Source of the DNA: Takakia lepidozioides | Lineage: Eukaryota > Plantae > Bryophyta | Assembly: GCA_030704615.1 (NCBI GenBank) | Contig: CM060733.1 | Coordinates: 7,440,001-7,504,000 of the forward strand | Direction: 5' to 3' | DNA: 64,000 nucleotides | Shown here: positions 36,171-49,899 of the stretch, piece by piece | Layout: each line of letters starts with the position of its first letter | How positions within the stretch are numbered: the first letter of the stretch is position 1 | The notes under the pieces: model-generated | Databases searched by the model: none | What the model saw: only the letters and a program-made list of their open reading frames with translations | What the model was told of the DNA's origin: nothing | Made by a program: the position numbers and the translations under genes

Positions 36171-39100
36171 ATCTGGAGCAGTAGTGTGGTCCTGAAAGGT
36201 CCTTGGAGCAGTTGTCAGAGCCATTTCAATCCATGTTTTATTCTTTCTGTTCGACTTGCATCTTACTTACTGAGCGCTTTTGTGGGTTGGGATTCATCTC
36301 CTTTTTTCAGGTACACGAAATATGTGCTTATGGAAGGAAATCACCTGAGCGGAATTCCCGACTATCTTGACATGTGGTCGGACCCTGCAAACGATCCAAC
36401 CATGTATACTGCAGGGATATTGAAGGACTGGAGTCCTTCTCACTTCAGAGACTGTGGGTGGTACCTTGACTGCCCACCTGAGCACACGACCTTTCAAGAA
36501 CAGCATATGAAATACTTGAACAATAACGCTGAGATGCTGGCGCCTTTGACTGACGAAGAGTATCAACGAAACATAGCAACCTTGGCTGCCAAGGAGCCTG
36601 ATGCTCAGGGAACGCCGCAGAAGGGAAAGAAGGCGGGCCGCAAACCAAAAGACAAGGCTGTTGATGTCATAGCCATCTCACCAGCAAAGCCAAAGGACAA
36701 AGACAAGTCCAAAGAGAAGGAAAAGGACAAGGGGAAGGAGAATGAAAAGGAGATGGAGAGTGGGCAGGACTTTAGTGCTGGAAGATATACCCGCACTCTT
36801 CAGTGCGTGTTCGATGCCAAGCCACACCCTTCCCGTTCTGATTCAGCAGGAGAGATGAAAATTGTTAATGAGGGTTGGCTTTCGATGATGCAGAGTCGAA
36901 AGAGAGGATACACTGGGGTGCCATCCCCTACCTGGGACAATATAATCTCATTCCTCAATCTGGTGAGAATTCCACTTTCTTTCCTTTTTCTCTGAATGTT
37001 TCGTTGGCAGTATTTCAGTCTCGTTCTTTGAAAACATTCTTGCCATCGTTTTTATAAAAAACATGTCTGTTGCAGGTGAGCACAGGTCCCACCTTCGTGT
37101 GCGGTGTGCAGAAAACTTATGCGGCCGACATTGTCATTCTCGACATCCCGGATGGCCAGGCTGTGCCAGAAGTTCTTCCAAAGGGCAAGACGCCAGGGTG
37201 GAACAAATTCGAGGACAACTACGAGAGTTGGGTATTCGGGTTCTGTAACAATTTCCTCTCTGATGTAGGGACACTTCTGCTTTTTCAGTCATGTGACAAT
37301 GATAGTCGTCGGGCATTGGCATCATACCTCAAGTCTTCAGGGTTTGAAGTTTTGCGCACATGGAATTGTGTGAACAGCCTCGACCTTGTGAAAGGGGGTT
37401 TCCCTGGTCAGCTGGTATGCCGTCTACCTTCTGCTTATGCTTTGATCATGAGTTTCAATTTTCTCTGCAGCTCCACTCTAGTAGAATGTTTTATGATCGA
37501 CACCGATCATCAACGATTCATGGTTTTTTGGTGTCAGAGTTCTGAATAGCCGATGTACACACTTCCACTTTAGATTGTGTTTACCACACTAACCTGCTAT
37601 CTTTGGCAGACGAGGATGTTCGAGGCGATCTGCTTGCGGAGGATTCGCACATCAAAGACACCATCCTCCATCCGCAGCTTTGAGATTTCTGACCAGGGTT
37701 GTTTCGTCAACCCCCCCTATGAGCCCCATGTCGATGACATTTTGTACAACTTCATGCAGTCCAGTCAGACTCTGAAGAGACCAGATGGCACTCCCTGGAG
37801 AGGTGCAAAGGAAAAGTCACCAGCATTCATGCAAATACTGCTGGAGTCATGCAGCCACCGCTCTGCACGGGTGGTCGATCTTTCTGTGTCCACAGGTTCG
37901 TTTTCTCCCTTCCGAATTGGTTTCCTTTCAACAGTTTCATCTGCTTAAATCCCCTCCTCCAAACTGCTTCTGTTCTCCTGTCTGGTGCAGGAGCAACTTA
38001 CCACGCATGCAAGGCAGGCGGAAGAAGCCTTTTTGGTATGGAGGGTGATTCTGACCTCTACAACACAGTGCTCCTCCCCCTTTTGTCTGGCTCCACTTCA
38101 GGCACACAGACTGATCGGATTCATATTCGAAATGATGACGATCCCGAAGATAAGCAGGTCGACAACGACTTTTCATGTGAGTAAGTGCTAAACCCTCTTT
38201 GGGAGTCATACTCAATTTCTCGATAACATCAAAGTTACAGTAATAACTTTTTCAGGCTGTCTTTCAGGAAAGCCAGCGGTGGATCTTCAGGAGATACAGT
38301 CATTTTTGGCGAGTTTGTTTTCGACAGCCCCCTTTCCAATTTTCTGCTCCCTGTTTATGCCGAAGCAATGGCACTTCACGCGTCCGAGTCCATATCCCCT
38401 GACTTTTTAGTGGCCAGCCGTAGGTGTATCCAGCGTGGATCCGGTGTTCTAAAATACTTAGACTTAGATGCAGAGGAAGAAGGGATACATTGTACTGACT
38501 CTGAGTCAGACTGAACTGTATTCTTTTAATATTCATTTTCATATTATCTGGAAAACGTTGAATCCCCTTACTCTACCGTAGTTGTTCCTTTAGAACAAAT
38601 AATAATCACAGAATCAACTTTCGTTTAAATTGCTATATGTATGAATCCATCTCACAAACCTTCCTGACTCTTCTCATATCCATTGTGCATTCATCTACAC
38701 TGTATTCATGCGTGCTCCATTCATGAAAGCTTCCTTTGTACAACATCCATTGTACATTCATCCTCTGTACTCTTTAATCTACCCCACAAACCTTCCACAC
38801 TCATTTCATATACTTTGTGCATTCGTCAAAAGATTTGGTCATGCATCTTCCTGTCATGAATTTTTGTCATTGCTCAACATCCATTATACATTCATCCATT
38901 TTACTCTTATCCATCCGTCATTCATCCATCTACATAGATTTTTCAAACTCATCCATCTGTTTATCATCCAACTGTACATTCATCCATCATTTATTCAATG
39001 CCTTTTATTATGTCGTCCAGCTTGTTTCCGCGGTAAAGGATGCCAATCCGCGGGAATACACTCCACTTCTTTCTGGGTGCGTGGTGACTCGGCCTCCACG

Positions 39101-39212
39101 TGTGATGACGTGGACAGAGCCCCGTGACGTGGCATTTGCGCAAGATGACGTGGCGTGAGCGCAGTCGCGCTCACGTGACCAGGCTCACGCCGAGGCATCC
39201 CTGAAGTCATAG

Positions 39213-39896
39213 TTACTCGCTTTGATGCGCGCGCCTGACTCCCAACCTGGCCGCCCGGGCCAACTTGGAGCTTCGGCTGCTCACCGGGACATAACGGCCC
39301 CCCTTCGCTTCCCTCTAAACCCTCCACCTATTTGGGACTAGGAGAATTCCCTTTGATAGATGGTAGTCCGGAACAGCTCCCCACTCTTTGGTCGCTTTCC
39401 GGCTCGCTCACTTACTCACTAGTTTTTGGTCACCAACGGGCTTGCACCGTTCTCGGGGTTACTACTCCATATATATACTTCTGTAGCTGTCCGCGGGGGT
39501 TTCATAACCAGCCATGCCATTTTATGGCGAACCACCACGAAAGCCCTCGACTCCCGGTGATGAGTCGCGGTGAGTCTTGGCCCACTCACCACGGCCCCTA
39601 TGGACCGTGCTGAGTCCCAAGACTCCCCACGACTCCCACCACGAGGTCTCCGCCCCCATGGTGAGTCCTATGCCACCCCCACTAAGTCCCGCTAAGCTAC
39701 CACCACCCCTTGTGGAGCCACCCCCACCGCAACCCGGTGTGCGGGGCTCCACCTAGTGAGCGCCTCCGCCTCCTTCAGTGCCTTGGGCACTCAAGGGTGC
39801 TTCAGCCCCCCATACCTATTGCTGCCGCTGCCCCCACCACAGGGGCAGCCCCTCATGTGTCCCGACCCCCTGCCCTCAAGGCAAAGGGCCGCGACA
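39213..39896 (-). mobile_element. Gypsy chromovirus 3' LTR, remainder (whole LTR about 726 bp, TGTCGCG...CGCGACA)
   Basis: About 99% identical to 55664-56126 plus the reverse complement of 60344-60564. PPT-like GGTAGGGGTGTG adjacent on the minus strand. Confidence 0.93.
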
Positions 39897-40802
39897 CACA
39901 CCCCTACCAACAGGGAATCGATGTCCTCATCGACTTGTCGTTTTGTAGAAACGAACATCCAAGTTGTGGCGTCCCACATCAAGGAGTTTGTTTCCATACC
40001 ATGGCGTCCCATGGCAAAGAACCGAACCCCACACTTGACTCTACTCTCCACTAGCTAGTTCGGCCGACTTCCTCCAAGTCCCGGCCAAGGGTGGAGCCTC
40101 TCAAGCTCCTCCCAGTGCACTCTTCTTGGCCTACTTCAAGGCCAAGGAACGATCCTCCTTGAGGATCGAATTGCCTTACTGCAACAACATTGCTTGCGAC
40201 TGCTCATGATGCCGCTTTTGGCATCACCTTGAGCAAGGGTTCACCTGGAACCCTCTTTGACTAGGAAGATAACCTTGAACCAACCGTGCGCCCCAATCAC
40301 TACAATTGGGTCCGCCTTGGAATGCTGGCCTGAGGTACGGGAACACGCCGAAGCCGCACTACGACTTCGTCCCGAGGCTACATGATTATAGTACGTGAAC
40401 GGAAGCACGTAGCTTCCGCGTTAGCCCGCACTACAAGGCAACCCCCTCGGTAGCGCAGTTATAGTACGCGCACGCGCCAGGTGCGCACTAGCACGTGAAC
40501 TCCCAAAGAAGTCGCAAGTTTCCTTGCCCCTTGGATGGGGGTCACCCGATTTCGGCACTACGCAAACACACGATTAACCCAATTTACCTCTCCCACTTTT
40601 ATAAGCTAGCATGCATTCTACACACTAGCCAACCATACCATGCATCACCATTCCAAACAAAATAGGACGCACAACATTTGGAACCCAGTTCCTTTATAAC
40701 AAATTTTTTGTACAATACAAGTTTTTGTAATCGGATTCCTAAGCTAGCTACGCCGGGCTAAGCATGCATTTCCTCCCCCACGCTCCAAGGTTGATGTCCC
40801 CA

Positions 40803-43800
40803 TCAACGTTTCTTCTGCTTTTGAGGTCGTCCTTCGAAAGCTGCAACCGCCTCGGATGCGTTTCCCATTTCTGAGGCACGCACCCAAGATGCCTCCACAT
40901 GATGATAGCCCTTCCATTTGACGAGATACTCCGTTTCTCGGTTCTTGAACCTCCTCGACTTAAGTATTGCCTCCACCTCGTATTCAGGTTCATTTTCATG
41001 ATCCAACAGCATAGGTGGCGGACGCAACACTTGATGTCGATTCGGACGCGCTTCATCTTTGAAGTAAGGCTTCAAAAGGGAGACATGGAATACTGGGTGC
41101 ACCTTGTTGTTTGCCGGCAGCTCCAATTCATACACATCCTCATTCATAACCTTCCGAATGCGAAAAGGTCCCGCATACGGAGGTACGAACTTCGGACTCA
41201 CTTCCGGAGGTAGTCGGAAATTCTTGATGTTCAACCAGACCTCTGTGCCTGCCTCAAACTTCACTTCCCTCCGCTTCCGATTCACCTGCCTTTCATACCG
41301 TTTCCTAGCTTTGGCAATGTTGTACTTTGCGAGCTTCAACAAACGCTCGCGTTCTTCCAGTACTTCCGCTACTGCCGGTTCCTCAACGTCCTGGGCGGCC
41401 CAACTTGTCGGCACCATAGGTGCTTTTCCATAGACCAATACGAAAGGGGAAACTCCCGTTGCGGAGTGTTCTGTGTTATTATAGCAGAACTCTGCCGCGT
41501 CTAAGTGTTCCATCCAGTCTGATTGGTCTGCCGACACGTAATTCCGCAAGAATTGCTTCACTACGGAATTCACTCTTTCCGTTTGGCCGTCCGTCGTAGG
41601 TCGGAAGGCGGTGCTCATCTTCAGCCTCGTCCCCATTTTCTTCCAAAGCATCCTCCAAAATTTACTCGTAAACTTTGGATCGCGATCCGAGACAATATCC
41701 TTCGGGACTCCATGATGCTTTAAGACGTGGGCGAAGTAAAGTCGCCCTGTCTCCTGCGCCGTTGCCGTCTCCTTGGTGGGGATGAAATGGCCCATTTTAC
41801 TAAACCTATCCACCACCACCATGATTGCATCGAATCCTTTTGACAGCGGCATAGCAGTCATGAAATCCATCGAGACGCTTTCCCAAGTCCCCTCTGGAAT
41901 CGGCAAGGGTTGTAACAGCCCCGCTTGCTTTTTGTACTCGCTCCGGTTTTGTTGGCATGTGGTGCATGTCTTGACATACTCCTCTGCCTCCTCCCTCAGT
42001 TTGGGCCAGAAATACTCTTTCTTCAAGAGTGCCGCAGTGCGCTTGGCTCCGCCGTGGCCCACAAGCGGGCTATCATGGCATTCTCTCAAGAGGCTATCTC
42101 TGATCCCTCCCTTTGGCACGTAGAGACGTTTTTGCTTATACCGGAGCAGTCCATTTTGCAAGTGGAACTGCGATTTAACCCCCATCCTCAAGTCCTGCAT
42201 CACGGACTTCGCCAGCTCATCCTTCCGGTAAGCCTTCCGGATCTTCCTTTGGAGCGCCGTCTCGCCCTTGTACACCAACAAGAGTTGCTGCTTTCTACTT
42301 AAAGCATCGGCCACCACGTTGTCTCGTCCCGGTTTGTATTGGATATCCACGTCGAACACCGCCAAAGTATCTTGCCACCTAAGTTGTTTTGGGGACAACT
42401 TGGGCTGCGTGGCAAAATACTTCACCGTGACATTGTCCGTGAACACCTTCACTGGGTTGGAACCAACATAGTGGCGCTAAAGCTCAAGACAGTGCACCAC
42501 CGCCTTCATCTCTTTTTCGTGCGTCGGCCACCGTCGCTCCACTTCATTTAGTTTCTTACTTTCGTAAGCCACTGGACGTTCATCTTGCATAAGTACACCC
42601 CCAATCGCGAAGTCCGACGCATCTGTATGAATCTCAAATGGACGATCGAACTCCGGGATTTTCAAGACTGGAGCTTCCGCCATCCGCTGCTTCAATTCAG
42701 CAAAAGCTTGGCCACAAAATGTGTTTCATACCCAGACTTTGGATTTACACAGAAGGTCCGACAGCGGCCCCGCGATCTTGGCGAAATTTCTCACATACTT
42801 CCGGTAATAGGAGGCGAGTCCTAGGAAGGATCGTACTCCCGGGACCGAAGTCGGAGGCTCCCAGTCCAAGATCGCCCTCACCTTTCTGTCATCCATTTCG
42901 ATCCCATCCTGTGTAATCACATGCCCCAAGAACTCCACTTTTGTGACCCCGAATTCGCATTTTGAAGCTTTGGCGTACAGCTTCCCTTCCCGCAACTTTT
43001 GGAACACCCTTTTGAGGTGCTCCAGGTGTTCCTCCTTTGTTTTCGAGTATACCAAGATGTCGTCGATGTACACGATCACAAAGTCATCCAACCACTCCTG
43101 AAAAAGGCTGTTCATCAGCGTGCTAAAGGTCGCCGGTGCATTAGTGAGCCCAAAAGGCATCACCAAGAACTCATATGAACCATACCTTGTCCTGCACGCG
43201 GTCTTCTCCTCATCTCCTTCCGCCACCCGAATTTGATGATAGCCGGAGCGCAAGTCGATCCGGCTGAAATACTTCGCTCCTGCCAACCGGTCGAAAAGGT
43301 CGTCTATCCTTGGCAAAGGGTACCGGTTTTTAATAGTCACCTTATTCAAAGCCCTGTAATCGACACACATCCGCAGCGTCCCATCCTTCTTGTCTGCGAA
43401 TAGCACCGGGGCTCCGTAAGGTGACTTACTCGGCCGGATGTACCCCTTTGACATTAGATCCTTGAGCTGAGTCTTCAGCTCGACCAACTCTCTGTGGCTC
43501 AACCGGTAGGGCGCCTTGGCAGGCGGTTCCGATCCCGGTATCACCTCGATCTTGTGGTCAACTCCTCTTCGCGGTGGCAAGCCGCTTGGTAAATCCTCCG
43601 GCATCACATCCTGGTATTTCTCCAAAATCCCCTTGATCCAATCTGGGCTCGGCTCCCCATTGCCTTCTCCTTTCACTTCTCTAATACAAAGCAAAAACTG
43701 GGACTCGTGTGCCTCCTCCACGGCCCACTCCTTTGCTGACAGAAGGTTTATTCGCCCTCCCACGGATTTGGGCGTTTCCGACACTCGTAAAACCTCGCCA

Positions 43801-45146
43801 CCATTCCCACATGGCAGCGTGACTACTATCTTGCGGCCATCTATGACCGCTCCGGATTTGCTCAAAAAGGTCATCCCCAAAATGAGATCCACTCCATCGA
43901 TCTCGCAGATAGTGAAGTTCTCACGTCCCTCCCAACTCCCCAGTTGAAGAGGAACATCAAACGCCAACCTTGTCGCCAACTGAGGTTCTCCTTTGGCAGA
44001 GCGCATCTCAATAGAGGCCCCCACGTCACTTGTCGGGAGTCCCAACTTTCGCGCCGCCGCCGGCGTCATGAAGGAGTGCGACGCTCCTGTGTCCACCAAC
44101 AACGACACGTTAGTTCCGGATATTATCCCATCCACGAACATTAACTGACTCCCTTTACGCAGGGCGCCAGTTTCCTGATACAACTCACAAGAATAGTTGC
44201 CTACCTTGCAAGTCCTGGCGACCACCGCTTCCACCAAGCGACTGATTGTATCTTCCGACAGCTCCGTGGTTGCCCGAGTCATGTTCAATTGTCGAGGTTT
44301 TGTGCACTTCTTGGCCATGTGCCCGGGCTCCCCGCAATTGAAACACACTCCATCAAAGGTTGCCTTCTGTCCGCCATAAGCCGCTCCACCCGCTTTTCCT
44401 TTCGAAGCACCGGGTGCCGCCTTGACGTGTGAAGGCCATCCCTTCGATTTCCACGTGCCATTATCGCCGCGTGGCCTATCCCACTTCTTTTCCGGTCGGA
44501 AGGAGTCACCTTCCCGCTGGGTCTTCTTGTGATTCAGCTCCGTACGGCCTTGTCTCTCACCCCTAGGGACATCCGAGAAACATTCAGCCCTCTCAATTGC
44601 CTCGTTCAAAGTCTTGGGTGGCTTCTCCTCCAACTTCCGTCCCCATGGGGCCAATCCCGCCACAAAGTTGAAGACCATTTCTGGTTCTGCCATGTCCGCG
44701 ACTTCGAGCAACAGCACATTGAAAGCCTGGACATACCCCCGAATGTCATCTGTTTGCTTCAAATTCCTCATCTTGTCCCGGGCAAGCCAGGACGCGTTGA
44801 GGGGCACAAACTATTTCTTCATCAATTCCTTGAACCCACTCCAGTTCAAGATTTCCGGACTTGGACCTCGGTCGTGAAGGCGTTTCTGCCACCATTGTTG
44901 AGCATAGCCCCTCAAATAGGTGGGAGCCACTTCCACCCGATCCTCGTCACTCAACTTGGCCGCCCGGAAGTACTGCTCTAGCTCCAAGAGCCAGGTGTTG
45001 AGTGCCTTCCGATTTCGGACGCCCTCGCAGGTGCCGGGTTCCTTAGGCTTCACCTTAAACTTTGCCTTAGCGGAAGTGGCATTAGCCGCCTTCAACACGT
45101 CTTTCAATGTCCCGCCAAACTGCGCCAACAACCCTTCCCAAAAGGC
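40803..45146 (-). CDS. Gypsy chromovirus gag-pol (gag, PR, RT, RH, IN, chromodomain), with a few stops and frameshifts
   Basis: [51 protein letters not shown] and chromodomain EYEVEAIL...YLVKWKGY...SW. The RNase H text resembles the Galadriel group. Confidence 0.95.
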
Positions 45147-45565
45147 GGGGGGTGCTATTCCGTGAGCCTGGAGGCGTGAGCCTGTGAGCCCAGGAAAGCG
45201 TGAGCCCAGCACAGGCTCACGCCACGTCAGCATGCAAACAGTGCCTATTTCCGCGGATGTCACCTATTTCCGAGTGGGGTCACCTATTTCCGCGGGTTGA
45301 TGTGGGGAGAATTGAGAATTGAGAACAAAGTGGTTTGTTTGTTTTTGCAATGTACTCAAGTCTGTGAGGTCCACAAAACAACAAATATATTGAAGGAACA
45401 ATCCGGGCAGTCCATGCAACCCCCATCTCCAACAATAGTTTGGAACCATGAATGTGAATTCCATGCACACATTGCAAAGAGGACAATAAGGACACACAAC
45501 CATCCCATTTCAAATTTGTCCCAGAATTAAACCAAAAGAATACTTCATATCAAGTGTCGCAGTCA

Positions 45566-48500
45566 TCACACAATGTCCACCTCCTGTGCTATGTCATCTA
45601 CAAAGATTCTGGCCCCAACACCACGTGTTCTACGAAGGCCATCGCAAGGTGGACTCTGAGTGCCATGAACGGACATGCTTGCTGCGAGTGCCTCCGCATA
45701 GACAGGTAGCACACAAGACCGAGGAGGACTGAAAACAAGTCCAAATAGGTGTGATAGCCCAGGAGGGCAAGTGGAAGCACGCGGACTCCTACACATGTCC
45801 ACAAAATTCCATTTTTAACACAATGATGCAATGCACAAGTCCAACGAAGAGGATGTCTCCCATTTGCACTTTGCCTCAAGAACAGCGATTCTCGATAATG
45901 AAACAACAATGCAAGCATGCACAGGTTCAACTTACTCACAGGCAAAGTCGGAGTCCAGCTCCTTGTCAGAAGTCTCCTCTGTACCAGTATCAGCGGGACG
46001 GGGCTTCGGAAGGACCTGAGAAGTGTGTCCACCCAAACCCATCAGGAGGTTCTTGTAAATCTCAGCATCCCCTTCAATCCCAAAGACATGTCGCGCACTG
46101 GCCTTGCAAGCGTGGTACGAAGCACCTGCAGTGGAATAGAATGAAGTAAGCAGACATTGAAGACACATTCGGAACGGTGGAAAGTGCTGAAAGTGCAAGC
46201 TCAATCAAACCTCATGAAATGTGAATGTTGAAGGGACGAACCTGTGCCCATCGACAAATCCAGAACTCTGGCGTCTGTGTAGGTGCAGCACTCCACAATC
46301 GTTTGAATGAAAGCCGGGCTCCTCTCCCTCGCCCCTCTCCAAGGAACCCCATTCCCCCTTCGCAAGCACACGTTGCTGTCGACGTAGTTGTGATGCATGT
46401 CATCCGTGGGAGGATCTGTCCTGTCATCTATGAACTTGCCCCCGTGAGTGATGGCAAACTCCGTTATGCCGGCCGGAGTCGTTGGTGGATGCACCCGGAC
46501 GAGACAAACAGCTTCAAACAGACGAGTCTGCGAACATGACATCCAGAAGGAACTAAGAACCAAAATAAAATCGGGCCCCTACATATGAGTTTGAGCGACC
46601 TACACAACACAATCCCAGAACAAAAAAGAAGAGGAAGAAGAAGGGAAACTCACCATCTCTCCCGGACGATCCCCCTTCGTAAGGTACATGCTGTTCACAC
46701 AATTCCATGTCTTCAGGACTCTCATGCCCGAGGCTTTCAAATAGCTGGCAAGGGCACGGCGACACCGAACATCGATGGACTGGATGAGAACCAAAACACC
46801 TGCATCGGAAAGGAAGAAGTTGCAAGAGGAAAAAACCCACCGCCAGTAGCGCTCATCAAATGCATTCCAACCCGGACAAGCACCCGATGGTGGGATATCC
46901 GGGACTGCCAACCCATCAGGGATGTCCAAGATGATGAGTTCCGCTGCATATGGCTTCTCCTTCCCGTTCACCCACGATTTGGTCATTTTAGCCTGCAAAC
47001 AAAAATACAATGGAATTCTGACAAGTTTATAAACGATCCATGCCCACAGCAGACAAAGAGAGCAGAAGCCACAGAACCCAAAGAGAACACGCACCGTGCT
47101 GAGGAACTCGACAATCCTCTCCCACACTGGTGATGGCTCGCCCTTGTAATCAGATTTCTTCGACTCCATCATGGCAAGGAACCCGACGTTGGCAATCTCC
47201 AACCTGGTTGGACGAATGACCCTCGTGGGATGTTCCACTGCATGGTACGGGTCCTTGGGATCAACCACACCCTTGTTTTTTCTCCCGGATCCCCTACCAT
47301 GCGGTGGAGTCTGCTGGACATGCTCCACAGGGCCAATAGCTGCAACACTTCCCTGCCCTTGTGCCACCTTCCCTCTACCCCTTCCCGTCCCCACAACACC
47401 AGCAACATCTTTTCCCTTTGCCTTTCTTCCTCTACCCGGGGTATCCTGAGCGGGAGGCTCCTTCTCTGCAAGAGTCCTCAGATTACGCTCATGAATGTCG
47501 AGGTCCGCTGCTGCGGCAGTGGCTGCAATACGGTCATTCTCTCTCCTCAAAGACAACTCTACAGCTGGGGTCTCTGAAGGAGGGCAATCCAAATACCAAC
47601 CACAAGAAGAAAGATGGTCCGGACCCCAGTCATGCAAGATCCCAGCAGTGAACATGGTCTGGTTGCCAGCAGGGACAAGCCAAAGGTCCACGAAATCTGG
47701 ATGTTTGTCCAAGCAATTCTCTTCCAGGAGAACAAACTTAATGTACTTGCACGAACAGACACAGCCTCATTATCCAATGCACATATTGTGTCCCAGCTTT
47801 TTCAACACACCAGGAAGACCCCCTTAATAAGTATGCCACACAACACATTGCAACCACAACACAAGCAAAGAGTGCAAGGGTGTGCACCTGTAAAGGCATC
47901 GTTTCCAGGCTTCCTCTCCTTTTTCCTGCTGGTCAAGCTCATTTGTTCGACTGATGCCACCCTCCTTGCTGAACTCTCTAAAGAAACCAGAGTGCCACAC
48001 TGTGGCTCTCCATTTCCTCATGTATGCTTCGAAGGAGACCTTCGGAGCTGTCATAGTGATGCCATAGTCAGCCAGCTGAGTATGCAGAACCGATCGGGCC
48101 CTTTCTTCCAACTGCAAAAAAATTGAAATGGAAGAATGAACCCAAAAACAGTCACAGCGAATGTAAGAGGCAATGGGAAGAGAAGGACAGGAAAAGAGAA
48201 AAGAAAGTGAGATACGAGAGGACATCACACCTGGCTCCAGTAAGTGGCTTTGTGAAGTCAGTTGTCCAGCACATTGTCACTGACAGGAACGACACGCTGG
48301 GTCTTCTTCTCCTTCTCTGGCCTTGGGAACATGTGGGTATCCCTAACTGTGGGATCGGAGTTCCATATCTGCAGCCACTTCACCTTCTGTTCAGAAGACA
48401 CGACGGCGGTAGACAACCTGTGCAACTTCTCCTGGGCCATCTCCGGCTTGCCTGGCTTGTTATAATGGTTTTTTTATCTCCAGCAGAAACTGCGGCCCGA

Positions 48501-49668
48501 ATGATGGGTCGGCCATTCTCAACTGCTTCACAAAAGCACTCATTATTGTCCTTCTTGTAGCGTTCATCTCCTTCTGGATGTGACTTTCAACTCCCTTTGC
48601 TGTCCTTCTCTCCTCAGGGGTAGAGCTGTAGTATTCCAGTTTGCCACGCTCCCCTGCATCTGCAATGTCTTGCTGCAAGGGAATGCAAGAGAGTTGCATC
48701 AATCCAAGGTCAAGGGAGACAGAGAGAAACAAACATGTGGAAGCAGGAATATGGAAAGGCCAGATGAAGGAAGATGTATCTCACCGTATACATGTACTCC
48801 ATGAAAGCCTCACGGGTCAACGAGTACCATGTTTCCGAAGTCTTGGAGCTTTCGCATTTCTTATACATCTCTGCCGAAAGGATGGTCTTGAAGTTGGTCA
48901 AGGGCATCTGCCCGATCCTTTGTATCCTATACAGTGTGTGAACCAGACTCGTTTTGACATGCGATGTCTCCGTCCCTCTGCAGAATGATATCTGAATTTC
49001 AGAATGTAATTCAAGGACTTCAATCAAGGAAGAACGGAACCAGAAGTGCAACGTGTACAATGAGAAACCAACCTGTTCACATCATTCATTGCCGTCAGAA
49101 GACCCATCATGTTGTCGTCACAATCAAGCACCATCGATCGAACAGAGTAATGCCACTCTTCCTCCTGTGAGTGCAGCCTCCCAATGACAGCCATCCATGC
49201 AAGCAACCGGTGGTTGCCATCCCAAACGTGAAACATCTTCCCCGAGAATACCTGGGTGGAAGGTTTTCTGGAGAGAAGAAGTTCGAAGGATTCGTTCACC
49301 TGTCTCCAAATGGGGTCCCAGGAGTCGACGATTGACTCATCAACAAGGAGCTCGTTACCTCTTGAATCCCTAGTAGAAACGTAAAAGACCGCGGATCCAT
49401 CCAAATACCCATGAACAAACTCGGCCTCCAGCTTGAGAATGTCTTTGACAAGGGGTGGACGAACGACGGGCATGGAAACCAACCTACACAGGGGAATCTT
49501 CAACCTCCCACCAGGAGCAAGCATACTTTGAACCACAAGCTGAGAGTTCACCTTTTGACCCCCCAGCATCTCAGCGGCTTTGCTTTCATAAAACTCATCG
49601 TCAACATCATCTTTGGTCTCCTTCCCCTGACCCTGAGGGACCTCATCCGCCACACTTTGCATTTTCCC
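45566..49668 (-). pseudogene. E3 ParB/Srx-like plus MTase-like gene (5' exon missing)
   Basis: FHVWDGNHRLLAW, AELIILDIPDG, RSPAFIQTIVECC..RVLDLSMGTG|ASYHACKASARHVFGIEGD. Same exon borders as E2 with clearly diverged protein sequence. Confidence 0.82.
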
Positions 49669-49899
49669 CTGCAAGGTTGTTCACTCAAATTCTTATAAGA
49701 GAGGAATGAAACGTCGACCGATGCATGAAAAAGTGGGATAAAAAGGGAAGTGTTCTTTGAGCTGCCAGATAAGTGTTCATTGATCCTCACGGACATGCAC
49801 TATGTTCCCGATTTACACAGGGAAAGAACATTGAAAAGTTCTGCTCAAATATCTGCCCATGAGGGCCGAAAGTTGCGCCCTTCCATATTCATATGTTCT

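Larger units (their letters stand above)
30631..38514 (+). pseudogene. E2 cargo gene: ParB/Srx-like domain plus beta-class N4/N6 DNA-methyltransferase-like domain, about 10 exons
   Basis: Approximate exons 30631-30921, 31371-31999, 32094-32286, 32371-32807, 35139-35365, 36311-36962, 37076-37414, 37610-37895, 37991-38180 and 38268-38514, with GT-AG borders. Motifs YVWDGNHRL, ADIVILDIPDG, and KSPAFMQILLESCS...VVDLSVSTG|ATYHACKAGGRSLFGMEGD. One frameshift near 32718 and a TAA at 35361-35363 (TAC in E1). Confidence 0.82.
14823..39203. mobile_element. Mutator-like element E2 (with nested Gypsy and solo LTR)
   Basis: Perfect 9-bp TSD AAGTCATAG at 14814-14822 and 39204-39212. The sister LTR at 55622 shows the empty site with a single copy. 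Imperfect TIRs CAACGACGCAATGGCGTGAGC / CAGGGATGCCTCGGCGTGAGC. Confidence 0.95.

Noticed and set aside
37705-37725. NPPY as the MTase catalytic motif
   Set aside because: Present in E1 and E2 but replaced by DRTDPPT in E3, and not preceded by the hydrophobic strand expected for motif IV. ILDIPDG fits the position better.
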